DNA of 64,000 bases from Oceanospirillales bacterium (GTDB lineage: Bacteria > Pseudomonadota > Gammaproteobacteria > Pseudomonadales > Balneatricaceae): positions 7,734-71,733 of the forward strand of contig JAAEYW010000023.1 of assembly GCA_018223185.1 (NCBI GenBank), in the 5' to 3' direction. Below, one piece after another: positions 47,307 through 58,522 of the stretch (the stretch's first letter is position 1; the number at the start of each line of letters is the position of its first letter). The notes beneath the pieces were generated by a model that saw nothing but the letters and a program-made list of their open reading frames with translations, ran no database searches and was not told the origin of the DNA. The translations under genes and the position numbers were made by a program.

Positions 47307-47561
47307 ATGCGACAGTTTTTACTCATGAGTAGTGTCGGTTGTCACCTGTGTGATGAAGCGGCAGAGATTCTCATTCACACTCTCGACCCTCAGCAGCATC
47401 TGCTGGATGAAGTGGACATCGCCTATGACGATGCTCTGATGGAAAAATACGCCTTACTGATCCCGGTGTTAGTGGATGAGGTCAGTGGTGCTGAGCTACG
47501 ATGGCCTTTTGATCACGAGGAGCTTCGTGGTTTTATAGACAGTTTTCACTATTCCGTCTGA
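47307..47561 (+). CDS. glutaredoxin-like protein (DUF836 family)
   Basis: 84 aa. CxxC motif (VGCHLCDEA), thioredoxin-fold length. Confidence 0.65.
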   Translation: MRQFLLMSSVGCHLCDEAAEILIHTLDPQQHLLDEVDIAYDDALMEKYALLIPVLVDEVSGAELRWPFDHEELRGFIDSFHYSV

Positions 47562-48364
47562 TTGAATCGGAACAGTCTCTGGCAATTGCCCTCTGTTTGC
47601 TGAGCCAGTTCTTGCGGATCACATGCTCTTTCCTGTGCAACCTGTTCGAGGATGTGCGTCAGATAGACGGGCAGGTTGCGACGGCTTTTAGGTTTGGGTT
47701 TCAGGTTGCGGGGAATAAGGTAGGGCGCGTCAGTTTCCAGCAGAAGCCGGTCAGCCGGAATCTCTTTTACAAGGCGTAACAGTTCGCCACCTCTGCGCTC
47801 ATCGCAAATCGACCCGGTTATGCCGATATAGAGATCAAGATCGAGGTAGTTATAAAGCTCTTCGCGGCTGCCGGTAAAGCAGTGAGCAACTCCGCCATGC
47901 AGGTGGTCTCTGGCGTGTCGGAGCATTTCAATCTGTCTGGTATGTGCATCTCTCTCGTGCAAAAACAGAGGCAGGCCTGATTCTGCGGCCAGCTCAAGCT
48001 GTTGTTCAAATGCCCTGATCTGTTGCTCCGGTGAGGAAAAGTTCCGGTTGAAGTCCAGCCCGGTTTCGCCGACAGCGCGGACTTCCGGTTGTCTCAATAG
48101 TGCTGCCAGAGTATCCCGGGTTGTCGATGAAAACTCTTTGCTGTAGTGAGGGTGAACCCCCGCGGTGCAAAAAAGCTGGTCTGGGTATTGCTGGCAAAGC
48201 CTGAGCGCCTGTTCACTTTCGTTAGCTGTGGTTCCGGTGATCAGCATCCGCTTTACCCCGGCCGCTTCAGCATTCTGAATAACGATTTCGCGGTCGGCAT
48301 CAAAGGCAGAGTCGGTAAGGTTGATACCAATATCAGTGAGTGAATATCTGGCTTCGTTCATCAA
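47549..48364 (-). CDS. tatD: TatD-family metal-dependent hydrolase/DNase
   Basis: DIGINLTDSAF..., GVHPH, ETGLDF, LETDAPYL motifs. Confidence 0.85.
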   Translation of the reverse strand: MMNEARYSLTDIGINLTDSAFDADREIVIQNAEAAGVKRMLITGTTANESEQALRLCQQYPDQLFCTAGVHPHYSKEFSSTTRDTLAALLRQPEVRAVGETGLDFNRNFSSPEQQIRAFEQQLELAAESGLPLFLHERDAHTRQIEMLRHARDHLHGGVAHCFTGSREELYNYLDLDLYIGITGSICDERRGGELLRLVKEIPADRLLLETDAPYLIPRNLKPKPKSRRNLPVYLTHILEQVAQERACDPQELAQQTEGNCQRLFRFNQTE

Positions 48365-48373
48365 GGGGTGTGG

Positions 48374-50437
48374 TTACCTGATCGTGGCGGAATCGCCGTT
48401 AGTGCGGATGTAATCTCTCAGCTGTTCTGCCTGAGTGGCGCCTGTTGAATTTTGCAGCGCAACACGAAAGGCTGTTTGTCCCTCGAGGATGTGAGATGGC
48501 TGGCCGGCGAGGGTGCGATAAACCGCGTGGTAGGCCATCACGTTCATCACATAGCGGCGGGTTTCGTTGAACGGAATGGTTTCGATCCATATATCAACCG
48601 GGAGTTCTCCCCGTTGCTTCAGCCACTGCTTTACGCGATGAGGGCCTGCGTTATAGGCAGCTGTCGCATATATCTGATTGTTGTCAAACTTTTCCTGCAT
48701 CTCTGCAAGGTAGGCTACCCCTATATTTATGTTGGTTTCAGGCTGATACAGGTCGCTGCTGTTTTTGTATGAAATATTATGCTGCTTTGCGGTTGACTGA
48801 GCCGTTTTTGGCATGAGTTGCATCAGGCCTCTGGCGCCGACATGGGAGCGGGCGTGGGGCTGATAAGCGCTTTCCTGACGTGCAATTGCCCGGGCCCAGT
48901 TGGTATCAATTTTGTAACGTCCGGCCAGCGCAGAAAAGGTTTCAGAGTAGGGCATTGGGAAACGCAGGGTAATATCGTCCCAGTATTTTGCCTGTGCGAC
49001 GCCGATGATGGCCATATTGTGCCAGCCCCATCGGTGCAGGACTGTGGCTGCAGTGCGGAACTGATCAGCATCGTAGTCGCGGGTCAGCTGATTCCATTCG
49101 CGGCGGGCGAGGTAGCGTTCGTCGAGTTGATATAGCTCTTGCATACGTCGCATCGCAGGGAGTTGTTGCTGCAATGCAATGGCTTCATCTGACACTCTGT
49201 CCTGCTGCGGGTTGAGGTGGAAACCGGTATGCAGGGTGCGGGCCGCCAGTAAGCCGTAGTAGCTACGTTCCCTGCTGAGGTTTACAAAGGCATCGGAATA
49301 ACTGGGCTTGAGCCCCTCAATATGGCTGGCCGACAGGGTTTTCCAATAGACCCAGCGCTCATCCTGCTGGACCTGTTCAGGCAGTTGCTTAATCAGCAGG
49401 TGGACTTTTTTCCAGTTAAGACTGGTGAGCGCCAGCATAATGCGCCGCTCCTGAATCTCATCATCGTGAGGCTGATTGAGCTGGCTGAGGAATTTGTCAG
49501 TTTGCGTGTCAGGTCGGTATGCCAGGCGTCGGGCAAGACTTCGTGTCAGCTTTTGTCGATCATCCGGGCTGAAGGACAGTTTGGAGCGAATCTTTAACCA
49601 GGTTTGTGTCGCCGCCTGAGGGCTTTTTCTGGAAAGGCGGTCGATGCCATAGAGGTAGGTCGCCTGGCTGGCCTGATTGTTCCCTGGCAGATATTTAGCA
49701 TCCTGAATCAGCGAGGGGCTCTGACGAACGGCGAAGAAACGCTCCGTTGCTCTTTTTTGCTGTGTCTGTTTAATAAAGCGTGTCAGGTATTTAGCCAGGC
49801 CTATATTGTTGTTCTCAATCGCTTTCCAGAATCGTTGATATGCCAGTTTGCTGGAGGGCGCGTGCGTGTTGGTTATCCAGTAGTCAAATACGGGATCGCA
49901 TGCGTCAGATATGGAGTGGCCGGTGTTCCATAAGGTTTCAATTCCTTTGATCGCCAGGTCAGCCTGGCCTGTTTTCAGCAGTGCGTTGCGATAGTTGCAC
50001 TCAAATTGCTCACTTTTAACGCCTGCGGCCCGATAGGCTGAGATATAGTGCTTCCAGCGTTGGTTGGCTGCCAGATAACTCAGCCATTTCTGCTGTAGAG
50101 GGTATACCGTGGGAATACCTTCGTACTCTTTGCTATAGAGGTTGATATGGTGTTGAGTGATACTGTCGAAGTTGTGTTCCAGCTCTTTTTGTTCAAGGTA
50201 GGGGTACAGCGGGTATGCCGTTAACTGCGATTTAAGCAGGTAAAATGCTTCCAGTTTGTCCTCGTTCAGCAGATCGAGGGCCTGGGTATAGAGGTGCTGT
50301 GGCGACTGATCTGCTTCGGTGGGTTTCTGTGGTGCTGGTATCGTGGCAGCGTTGCTCAGTGTACCGCTCAGCAGCGTAAAGAGAATGGCGCTGCAGATAA
50401 TCCGGGGCAGTTTGGTTGCGCTCAGTTTATAAAGCAT
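48374..50437 (-). CDS. slt: soluble lytic murein transglycosylase (Slt70-like)
   Basis: Signal peptide, superhelical N-terminal region, SLT catalytic motif RQESAYQPHARSHVGARGLMQLMP...AYNAGP. Confidence 0.85.
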   Translation of the reverse strand: MLYKLSATKLPRIICSAILFTLLSGTLSNAATIPAPQKPTEADQSPQHLYTQALDLLNEDKLEAFYLLKSQLTAYPLYPYLEQKELEHNFDSITQHHINLYSKEYEGIPTVYPLQQKWLSYLAANQRWKHYISAYRAAGVKSEQFECNYRNALLKTGQADLAIKGIETLWNTGHSISDACDPVFDYWITNTHAPSSKLAYQRFWKAIENNNIGLAKYLTRFIKQTQQKRATERFFAVRQSPSLIQDAKYLPGNNQASQATYLYGIDRLSRKSPQAATQTWLKIRSKLSFSPDDRQKLTRSLARRLAYRPDTQTDKFLSQLNQPHDDEIQERRIMLALTSLNWKKVHLLIKQLPEQVQQDERWVYWKTLSASHIEGLKPSYSDAFVNLSRERSYYGLLAARTLHTGFHLNPQQDRVSDEAIALQQQLPAMRRMQELYQLDERYLARREWNQLTRDYDADQFRTAATVLHRWGWHNMAIIGVAQAKYWDDITLRFPMPYSETFSALAGRYKIDTNWARAIARQESAYQPHARSHVGARGLMQLMPKTAQSTAKQHNISYKNSSDLYQPETNINIGVAYLAEMQEKFDNNQIYATAAYNAGPHRVKQWLKQRGELPVDIWIETIPFNETRRYVMNVMAYHAVYRTLAGQPSHILEGQTAFRVALQNSTGATQAEQLRDYIRTNGDSATIR

Positions 50438-50649
50438 ATATCCCTATTTCGTTAGTCGCTGTTATTACAATCATAGCGGCAATCATGGTGCAAACTCGAG
50501 AGAAAAATACCCCTGTCTGATGAAATTTACGCAGTGACAGCGATATCTCCCTGTTCTTTAAAGAGAACTGTAAATATATTTTCTTTGCATATCACGGCCG
50601 GGAGGTTTTTCTGTAGAATATGCGGCCAACGTTTTTGGTGGATTTAAGC

Positions 50650-52536
50650 ATGGCTCTGATCAGACTTGATAAGGTCTCTGTCGCATTTGGCGATAAACAA
50701 CTGCTCGATCATATCGACTTTCAGCTGGATAAAGGTGAACGGGTTGCTCTGGTAGGCATTAATGGTGCGGGTAAATCGACCCTGCTAAAGGTATTGGCAC
50801 GTCATCAGCCGACAGATGATGGTGATATCTGGCAGGACGGTGGTGCGCGTGTTGCTGAGCTTTCTCAGATGCTGCCAGCGGCAGATGAGCGCCGGGTACG
50901 TGATGTGGTAGCTTCCGGCTGTGCCGAGACAGTTGATCTGTTGAATCGTTACGAAGCCCTTGCTATGAGCCACAGTGACGCCGATATGGCTGAGCTGGAG
51001 CGGCTACAGCACCAGATCGAGCTGGTCGATGGCTGGCATCTGGAGCAGAAAATACAGCAGGTTCTGGAGCGTCTGGAACTCGACGGTGAACAGCTGATGT
51101 CTGCACTTTCTGGTGGCTGGAGGCGTCGGGCGGCCTTAGGCGCCGCGCTGGTTCAGTCACCGGATATACTGTTGCTGGATGAGCCGACCAACCATCTGGA
51201 TATCGAAACCATTGAGTGGCTTGAAAAGCAGATAATGGAGTTTCGTGGCGGTGTGCTGTTTATCTCCCACGACCGTTCGCTGGTTGAGCGGCTGGCTACT
51301 CGGATTGTTGAACTGGATCGCGGAAAACTGACCTCCTTTCCTGGCAATTATTCCGCCTATCTGACGCAAAAAGAGAAGCTGCTTGAAGAGGAAGAGCGTC
51401 ATAACGCGCTGTTTGATAAGCGGCTGGCTGAAGAAGAGAAGTGGATTCGTCAGGGTATCAAGGCGAGAAGAACCCGTAACGAAGGGCGTGTCCGCGCACT
51501 GAAAGATCTTCGCGTTGAACGTTCACAGCGTCGTGAACAGCAGGGTAAAGCTAAGTTTCAGGTAGAGCAGGCTGACCGCTCTGGAAAGATCGTTATTGAG
51601 CTGGACAAGGTCAGTCACGGTTATAACGGAGAGCCTGTAATCAGTGGTTTAACTTTATCCGTTCAGCGAGGCGACAGGATTGGTCTGATCGGGCCTAACG
51701 GTATTGGTAAAAGTACGCTTTTAAAAGTGTTACTGGGGCAGCTGAAACCTGATCAGGGGACGGTTAAGCTGGGTACCAGTCTGAATATTGCCTACTTTGA
51801 TCAGTTACGCGGTAAGCTGGACCCAGAGAAGACCATCATTGATAACATTTCTGAGGGTCGGGAGAGTATTACTATTAATGGAAAGTCACGCCATATCATC
51901 AGTTATCTGAGTGACTTCCTGTTTTCTCCAGAGCGTGCCCGTACTCCGGTTAAAGCATTGTCTGGTGGTGAGTGTAACCGGGTTATGCTGGCTAAACTGT
52001 TCAGCCAGCCATCTAATCTACTGGTGCTGGATGAGCCGACTAACGATCTTGATATCGAAACTCTGGAACTGCTTGAAGAGATTCTGCTGGAGTACAAGGG
52101 CACCTTGTTGCTGGTAAGTCATGACCGGGCCTTCCTGGATAATGTCGTGACATCCACTCTGGTATTTGAGGGTGAGGGGCGAATTCAGGAGTATGTCGGC
52201 GGATATGAGGACTGGTTGCGTCAACGCTCTCAGATCACTGCTGCTAATATATCCAAGACGGCATCCCGGCCTGCTCCCGTCGTTGCAGAAACGGTTGCCA
52301 GTGCGCCGGCTAAGAAAAAGCTGAGTTATAAATTGCAGCGGGAGCTGGATCAGCTACCGGGCCAGTTAGAGCGGCTGGAAGGGGAGATTGAGCAACTGCA
52401 TCTGGAAACCAGTGCTGCTGATTTCTACAATGGGGATCACGAGCATGTTTCGGCCAGGCTGGCTGAACTGCAGGCTAAAGAGACCCAGCTTGAAGAACTT
52501 ATGGAACGCTGGGTCGAACTAGAGGCAATGCTGTAA
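50650..52536 (+). CDS. uup: ABC-F family ATPase (Uup-like)
   Basis: ATG 50650 (MALIRLDKVS...). Two ABC cassettes (GINGAGKST/LSGGWRRR and GPNGIGKST/LSGGECNR), C-terminal coiled coil. Confidence 0.85.
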   Translation: MALIRLDKVSVAFGDKQLLDHIDFQLDKGERVALVGINGAGKSTLLKVLARHQPTDDGDIWQDGGARVAELSQMLPAADERRVRDVVASGCAETVDLLNRYEALAMSHSDADMAELERLQHQIELVDGWHLEQKIQQVLERLELDGEQLMSALSGGWRRRAALGAALVQSPDILLLDEPTNHLDIETIEWLEKQIMEFRGGVLFISHDRSLVERLATRIVELDRGKLTSFPGNYSAYLTQKEKLLEEEERHNALFDKRLAEEEKWIRQGIKARRTRNEGRVRALKDLRVERSQRREQQGKAKFQVEQADRSGKIVIELDKVSHGYNGEPVISGLTLSVQRGDRIGLIGPNGIGKSTLLKVLLGQLKPDQGTVKLGTSLNIAYFDQLRGKLDPEKTIIDNISEGRESITINGKSRHIISYLSDFLFSPERARTPVKALSGGECNRVMLAKLFSQPSNLLVLDEPTNDLDIETLELLEEILLEYKGTLLLVSHDRAFLDNVVTSTLVFEGEGRIQEYVGGYEDWLRQRSQITAANISKTASRPAPVVAETVASAPAKKKLSYKLQRELDQLPGQLERLEGEIEQLHLETSAADFYNGDHEHVSARLAELQAKETQLEELMERWVELEAML

Positions 52537-52569
52537 TATTCCGCGGCCGCCAATCAGGGGGTGGAGCCT

Positions 52570-53010
52570 CTAATCCTTGGCTTTAACCCTGATGGCGAGA
52601 ACGTCGCACTTCGCGCCGTGGAGTACACCGTTAGCGGTTGAGCCTAAAAGGAGAGCCAGACCGTGGCGGCCATGACTGCCGACCATGATCAGATCACAAC
52701 CCTGTTCTTCAGCGATTCTGTGGATCTCGGTTTCGGTGTGACCCGAGACAACGTGACACTGTTTTACCTGATAATCCAGTTGTTTGCGGTAACGGGTCAT
52801 TTTGCTCTGGGCGTGCTCATCCAGTTGTGCCTGAATTGTTGTCAGGTCCATCGGAACATCGCCGCCATAGGCAAAACTCAGAGGCTCAATTACATGAATC
52901 AGAGAGAGCTCCGCTTTAGTACATTCAGCCAGCTGTTTCACTTTGTCGATCAGCTGATCAGACTCTTCTGACAGATCGGTCGCCACTAAAATATGTTTAT
53001 ACAGGGACAT
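52570..53010 (-). CDS. uspA: universal stress protein A family
   Basis: 146 aa. MSLYKHILVATDLSEES..., GSHGRHGLALLLGSTANGVLH. Confidence 0.85.
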   Translation of the reverse strand: MSLYKHILVATDLSEESDQLIDKVKQLAECTKAELSLIHVIEPLSFAYGGDVPMDLTTIQAQLDEHAQSKMTRYRKQLDYQVKQCHVVSGHTETEIHRIAEEQGCDLIMVGSHGRHGLALLLGSTANGVLHGAKCDVLAIRVKAKD

Positions 53011-53105
53011 GGGAAAATCTCCTTTTGCTTCCTACTTAAGAGAGTAGCATATAGTTTCCGGTTTTAATTCTGACCGGAGTCAAATGAGTTGTTTGAGGAT
53101 TGTAA

Positions 53106-53612
53106 ATGAAGTGGGCCATTATTGTTTTGATTATGATGTCGTTACTGGGGTCAATGATGTGGGTTATGCCAAGTCCCCGGCAACGTTTTTTAGCAAAACT
53201 AAGGCAGCAGGCATCCCGCCTTGGATTTCAGGTTCAGATAGTGCGAATGACTCCGCCGCGGGCTGCAGGACAGGTCAAGCCCGAGGTGCTGGCAGCAACG
53301 GCATATCGGCTGCCCCGTTATAATCTGGAAAAGAAGCACAGAGAGAATTTTACTGAATGGCAGATCTTCCGGCAGACTGCGGTCGCAAATGAGGGGTTGC
53401 CGGAAAGCTGGTGCTGGGGGGCGGGCGAGCGCCTCCTCAATGAAAAACAACTGGAAATCCTTAACACGCTGATCAGTGAGCTTCCTGACGGTGTTGCATC
53501 GGTTGAATCGACCCCGGTGCACATCTCATTGTACTGGGACGAAAAGGGTGATGAAACTACCCTGGGATATTTTAAGGAATTGCTTCAGCCGTTCATCGAT
53601 CAGCAATTCTGA
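53106..53612 (+). CDS. hypothetical membrane-anchored protein
   Basis: 168 aa, one N-terminal TM (WAIIVLIMMSLLGSMMWVM), coherent coding pattern, no recognisable motif. Confidence 0.5.
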   Translation: MKWAIIVLIMMSLLGSMMWVMPSPRQRFLAKLRQQASRLGFQVQIVRMTPPRAAGQVKPEVLAATAYRLPRYNLEKKHRENFTEWQIFRQTAVANEGLPESWCWGAGERLLNEKQLEILNTLISELPDGVASVESTPVHISLYWDEKGDETTLGYFKELLQPFIDQQF

Positions 53613-53630
53613 CTTTACAAAGGCGATGTT

Positions 53631-53858
53631 ATGACACTCAAACCCGGTTTTTATCAGCATTATAAGGGAGCGGAATATCAGGTTCTGTATCTTGCCAGAC
53701 ATTCAGAGACAGAGGAGTGGCTGGTGGTGTATCAGCCCTGTTATGGCGATCGGGATATATGGGTGCGGCCACTGACAATGTTTACTGAAAATGTTACCGC
53801 TGCTGATGGAACGGTGGTACCCCGGTTTCGGTTTATCCGGGAGAGTGAGGGGGCTTAG
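53631..53858 (+). CDS. DUF1653 family protein
   Basis: 75 aa. YQHYKGAEYQVLYLARHSETEEWLVVYQ matches the DUF1653 pattern as I recall it. Confidence 0.6.
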   Translation: MTLKPGFYQHYKGAEYQVLYLARHSETEEWLVVYQPCYGDRDIWVRPLTMFTENVTAADGTVVPRFRFIRESEGA

Positions 53859-54586
53859 CCCTGTTCCTCCTTGCTCTCTTTTGCGGTCAGTTCTTCAAGC
53901 GATGCCGCAAGGTTACCGGCAGCCATGGCGCTGCTGGGGCGCGCCCGGTTTAGCAGTTCTCTGATTGCATCGATATAATCCTGTTTCTGTTTCTGCGGAA
54001 CGTTGGCCCGGGCAATCATCGCTTTCGCATGCTTGTAATGCGACATTGCCAGTAGTTTATCGTCCCGGTCAAGATAATAGTTGCCCTGCTGGATATGGGC
54101 TTCAACGAAGACAGAAACGTGTAGCCAATAGAGGTCTTGTTGAAACTGCTTGGCTCTGGAAACGCTGAGCTTGCCGGCCTGAGCCATCTCAATACATAGT
54201 TTTTCGGCATGTTGAATATGGATCTGAGCTTTCTTCAGCGCCCGGTCATTATTAAAGCCTCCGGGCACAGCACTAACCCTGTCTGTGCTTTCTTTCTGGG
54301 CGCTGATATCCTGCAGCAGGTCTGAATCGGGTGCCAGCGTGGCGATCTCTTCAATCATGCTGACAACATAGCCGCTCAGGGCGTCGGTGATTTCGGAACG
54401 GCAGTTTGCCTCCCTGAGTACAGCAAGGGTTTCCAGGGCTTCGCCAGAGGCTTTGTTCAGCTTTCTTAATCGCTTTGTGCGATATTCCTGTTGCTGTTCC
54501 CTGGTTGAGAAAAAATTGTTAACCAGTAAAGCAACGAAACCTATGCCGATTAAAGAAAAAAGGAAAATCAGGTTGTCTTGCAACAT
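53855..54586 (-). CDS. hypothetical protein with N-terminal TM anchor and helical cytoplasmic domain
   Basis: 243 aa. Stop overlaps the convergent DUF1653 stop (TTAG). No recognisable motif. Confidence 0.5.
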   Translation of the reverse strand: MLQDNLIFLFSLIGIGFVALLVNNFFSTREQQQEYRTKRLRKLNKASGEALETLAVLREANCRSEITDALSGYVVSMIEEIATLAPDSDLLQDISAQKESTDRVSAVPGGFNNDRALKKAQIHIQHAEKLCIEMAQAGKLSVSRAKQFQQDLYWLHVSVFVEAHIQQGNYYLDRDDKLLAMSHYKHAKAMIARANVPQKQKQDYIDAIRELLNRARPSSAMAAGNLAASLEELTAKESKEEQG

Positions 54587-54791
54587 ATTCTCAGGTAGTT
54601 CTAATTAAGTAACAGGCTGATATTGGCGGCAGCATACTGCATTTAAGCTACCAGAAACATACCTTTATTAGCCAATATTGTTGATCAGTTAGCGTGTTTT
54701 TTTTTGGCAGAAGCTTGACCCTGCTGGTTACAGCCCTTATATATGCACGCTGTTTTGTATTGTCACCTTGTCCTTTAAGGATTGTATTTAT

Positions 54792-57446
54792 ATGGGAAAG
54801 TCCCTAGTTATTGTTGAGTCACCTGCAAAAGCGAAAACCATAAACAAGTATCTGGGTAACCAGTTTGTGGTTAAATCGAGTGTGGGCCACATTCGTGATC
54901 TGCCCACCAGTGGCTCTGGTAACGGGGCTGGTTCTGACCCCAAAGAGCGCGCCCGTCAGGCGGCTTTAACCCGGAAAATGTCACCGGAAGAGAAGATCCT
55001 TCACAAGGCCGAAAAAAGTAAAAAACAACTGATCGTACGAATGGGCGTTGATCCTGAGCATGGCTGGGAAGCCCGCTATGAGATTTTACCCGGCAAAGAA
55101 AAAGTCGTTGATGAATTGAGACGACTGGCTAAAGATGCAGACACTATCTATCTCGCAACCGATTTGGACCGCGAGGGTGAGGCGATTGCCTGGCATCTGC
55201 GGGAAGCGATCGGAGGAGAAGACAGCCGTTATAAGCGGGTGGTGTTTAATGAGATAACTAAGAAAGCGATTCAGGAAGCATTTAAGCAGCCTGGAGAGTT
55301 GGACCTGAACCGGGTTAATGCTCAGCAGGCCCGACGGTTCCTCGACCGTGTGGTTGGTTATATGGTCTCTCCACTGCTGTGGGAAAAGGTTGCCCGGGGG
55401 CTGTCAGCGGGACGGGTTCAGTCTGTTGCCGTGCGCCTGCTGGTTGAGCGTGAGAAAGAGATTCGCAGTTTTATCCCTGAAGAGTTCTGGGAGCTGCATG
55501 CTGATGTTGAATCTGACAAAAAAGAAGCATTGCGCCTGCAGGTTGATAAATTCAGGAATGAGACCTTCCGTCCGGTCAGTGCAGAGCAGACCAATACGCA
55601 CCTTGATCAACTTAAACAGCAAGAGCTCAGGGTAACTAACCGTCAGGACCGCCCAACCAGTAGCCGTCCATCAGCACCGTTTATTACCTCGACCCTGCAG
55701 CAGGCCGCCAGCACCCGTCTTGGATTTGGCGTCAAGAAAACCATGATGATGGCTCAGCGATTGTATGAGGCGGGTTATATCACCTATATGCGTACAGATT
55801 CGACCAATCTGAGTGCTGAGGCTGTTGCTGCCTGCAGGGATTATATCGGTGAAAACTTTGGCAGTAAGTACCTGCCGGAAGAGCCTAACTCTTACAGCAG
55901 CAAAGAGGGCGCTCAGGAAGCACACGAGGCGATTCGTCCATCGGATGTGACTATCGAGGCGACTGCACTGAACGGCATGGAGCGGGACGCTGAGCGTTTG
56001 TATGAGCTGATTCGGCGACAGTTTCTGGCATGTCAGATGACTCCTGCACTCTATACGAGTACCCGGATCACGGTTACTGCTGGCGACTTCGAACTGCGTA
56101 CCAAAGGCCGGATACTCCGTTTTGATGGTTATACCCGGGTGATGAATAGCCAGGGCAAAAATGAAGATATTATTCTCCCGGATGTGCAACAGGGCGATGT
56201 GCTTCAGTTACAGCAACTGGACCCTAAGCAGCATTTTACCAAACCAGCACCGCGTTACACCGAAGCGAGTCTGGTAAAAGAACTTGAGAAGCGTGGCATA
56301 GGACGGCCTTCAACGTATGCATCTATCATCTCCACCATTCAGGACCGGGGATATGTAGAAGTGCAGAATCGCCGGTTTTACGCTCAGAAGATGGGTGATA
56401 TCGTTACAGAAAGACTGGTGGAAAACTTTAGCGATCTGATGGATTTTGGTTTTACCGCGCGCATGGAGGAGTCACTGGACGATATTGCTACCGGCACCGC
56501 TGACTGGAAGGCACTGCTGAACCAGTTTTATGAAGGTTTCAGTAATCGTTTACTGCAGGCTCAGCATCCGGAGTCCGGCATGCGCCTGAATGCGCCGACG
56601 GAAACGGATATTCCATGTCCTTCCTGTGGTCGTATGATGATGATCCGAACCGGTACTACAGGAGTATTCCTGGGATGTTCTGGTTACGCTTTGCCGCCAA
56701 AAGAGCGCTGCAAAACGACGATGAATCTGATTCATGGTGATGAGGTGGTCAGTGTTGACGGGGATGACGAGGAAGAATCCCGGATTCTGCGCAACAAGCA
56801 TCGCTGCAAAATCTGCGATACCGCAATGGATAGCTACCTGATTGATGAGCAGCGCAAGCTGCACATTTGTGGTAATAATCCTGACTGTCCCGGTTTTGAG
56901 GTGGAAAAAGGCAGCTTCAAGATTAAGGGATATGATGGGCCGGTACTGGAATGTGATAAGTGCGGCTCGGAGATGCAGCTGAAAACCGGCCGTTTCGGAA
57001 AATTTTTCGGCTGCACCAGTGAAACCTGCAAAAATACGCGTAAATTATTGAAAAATGGTGAGGCTGCACCGCCTAAGATGGATCCGGTGCCGATGCCTGA
57101 GCTGCAGTGTGACAATGTCGATGACACTTTCATTCTGCGGGATGGTGCTTCCGGTCTGTTTCTGGCCGCCAGTCAGTTTCCCCGTAAGCGGGAGACTCGG
57201 GCGCCTAAAGTAGCCGAGCTGCTGCCTCATAAGAGTGAGATTGATCCGAAATATAGCTTTCTTTTCAGCGCTCCGGTCGCTGATGATGAGGGCAACCCCG
57301 CGATTGTTCGTTACAGTCGGAAAACAAAGGAACAGTATGTAATGACCGAAGTCGACGGCAAAGCAACCGGATGGCGGGCGTTTTACGCTGGTGGTAAGTG
57401 GGTTGCTGAGGCTGCCAAGGCGAAGAAAGCAGCAACAAAGAAGTGA
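54792..57446 (+). CDS. topA: DNA topoisomerase I
   Basis: ATG 54792 ([17 protein letters not shown]...). Toprim domain, active-site [10 protein letters not shown]-terminal zinc ribbons (CPSCG, CKICD, CDKCG). Confidence 0.9.
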   Translation: MGKSLVIVESPAKAKTINKYLGNQFVVKSSVGHIRDLPTSGSGNGAGSDPKERARQAALTRKMSPEEKILHKAEKSKKQLIVRMGVDPEHGWEARYEILPGKEKVVDELRRLAKDADTIYLATDLDREGEAIAWHLREAIGGEDSRYKRVVFNEITKKAIQEAFKQPGELDLNRVNAQQARRFLDRVVGYMVSPLLWEKVARGLSAGRVQSVAVRLLVEREKEIRSFIPEEFWELHADVESDKKEALRLQVDKFRNETFRPVSAEQTNTHLDQLKQQELRVTNRQDRPTSSRPSAPFITSTLQQAASTRLGFGVKKTMMMAQRLYEAGYITYMRTDSTNLSAEAVAACRDYIGENFGSKYLPEEPNSYSSKEGAQEAHEAIRPSDVTIEATALNGMERDAERLYELIRRQFLACQMTPALYTSTRITVTAGDFELRTKGRILRFDGYTRVMNSQGKNEDIILPDVQQGDVLQLQQLDPKQHFTKPAPRYTEASLVKELEKRGIGRPSTYASIISTIQDRGYVEVQNRRFYAQKMGDIVTERLVENFSDLMDFGFTARMEESLDDIATGTADWKALLNQFYEGFSNRLLQAQHPESGMRLNAPTETDIPCPSCGRMMMIRTGTTGVFLGCSGYALPPKERCKTTMNLIHGDEVVSVDGDDEEESRILRNKHRCKICDTAMDSYLIDEQRKLHICGNNPDCPGFEVEKGSFKIKGYDGPVLECDKCGSEMQLKTGRFGKFFGCTSETCKNTRKLLKNGEAAPPKMDPVPMPELQCDNVDDTFILRDGASGLFLAASQFPRKRETRAPKVAELLPHKSEIDPKYSFLFSAPVADDEGNPAIVRYSRKTKEQYVMTEVDGKATGWRAFYAGGKWVAEAAKAKKAATKK

Positions 57447-57459
57447 ACGGAGGCTTAGC

Positions 57460-57984
57460 ATGAGTGGTGTGTACCTGACCCGTACGAATCAGAAATTAAA
57501 TTTTACCCGTATTCATCTGGATGCGCTTAAGGTTGCACAGGAATCAACAGGCTGGAGTAAGCATGCATTGATTGATTCCTACAACGAGTCGGTACTGTTT
57601 CATATGGTTTCTGCGTATAGTTCTTTACTGCGTGAGATCGCCGAACAATATCGCTTTGATGCTAACCGGATCAGTAAGTTGAGTCAGTTAACCGAGCAGA
57701 TGGAGACACAGGGTCTGGAAGCGCCTGAAGTGGCAGAACTGCAACAATTGCATGATGATAGTGATAGCTGGTTACATCACCTTCTGGCAGCGTATAAGGG
57801 CTGCTGGAGAGCAGAAGACCATGGTCAGTCAGCCGGGCAGGCAGAGAGTGTCTCTGAGATACATGTGATGCAGATTAATCCTGATCATGCTGAAGATGCT
57901 GATATTCTTCTGGAGTATCAGAGCTGGTTTAATCAGTTTAAACTGTTGGTAGAACGTCTGCGTGCCGGGATGCAGGAATGGTAA
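57460..57984 (+). CDS. conserved hypothetical protein (DUF6586-like by recollection)
   Basis: ATG 57460 lies 5 nt after GGAGG, 13 nt past the topA stop. 174 aa, helical. Confidence 0.55.
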   Translation: MSGVYLTRTNQKLNFTRIHLDALKVAQESTGWSKHALIDSYNESVLFHMVSAYSSLLREIAEQYRFDANRISKLSQLTEQMETQGLEAPEVAELQQLHDDSDSWLHHLLAAYKGCWRAEDHGQSAGQAESVSEIHVMQINPDHAEDADILLEYQSWFNQFKLLVERLRAGMQEW

Positions 57985-58134
57985 AAACCGATTTAAGCGG
58001 ATCTGTTTCTGTGCAGAAATAGGATCGCAGATATAAACGTGCTGTCGGGATCTCTACAGTAGTCATGTTAAGGTTTTATTCCGGGCTCTTTAACAGAGTT
58101 TTCAGACCCGGCTGTTATCTGGATTGAGAAGAAT

Positions 58135-58413
58135 ATGTCAGATATGTTTTTGGAAATAATTGAACTTGATGACGGGCAGATCGCACTGAGAAGGGCTGAT
58201 TCTGACGATGAGCCTATCATGCGCATCAGTTTCTCCGAGAGTGTCAGAGAGCAGCTTGAGGAGGAGTGCATCGATGTGGCTAAGGTAATGTTGACGGCGG
58301 GTATTCATATGATCTCAGATCTGAATATAAAAGCGTCAGAGGCTGCAGACAGGATAGGTGAGTTAGATACTGAACTCGATGATTCAGACTCCCGGCCAAG
58401 AGTGATTCATTAA
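58135..58413 (+). CDS. small highly acidic hypothetical protein
   Basis: 92 aa, Asp/Glu-rich at both ends, followed by a strong terminator. Confidence 0.5.
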   Translation: MSDMFLEIIELDDGQIALRRADSDDEPIMRISFSESVREQLEEECIDVAKVMLTAGIHMISDLNIKASEAADRIGELDTELDDSDSRPRVIH

Positions 58414-58442
58414 CGGTGGATTATTAATCCGGTTTATCAGTT

Positions 58443-58474
58443 AAAAAAAACAGCGCACGAGCGCTGTTTTTTTG
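58443..58474. terminator. bidirectional Rho-independent terminator
   Basis: aaaaaaaacagcgcacgagcgctgttttttt between the acidic ORF (+) and sulA (-). Confidence 0.85.
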
Positions 58475-58522
58475 TTTTTATATTCCAGAAGCTGTTTGCA
58501 GGCGGGGCGGTCCGGTGCGTTC

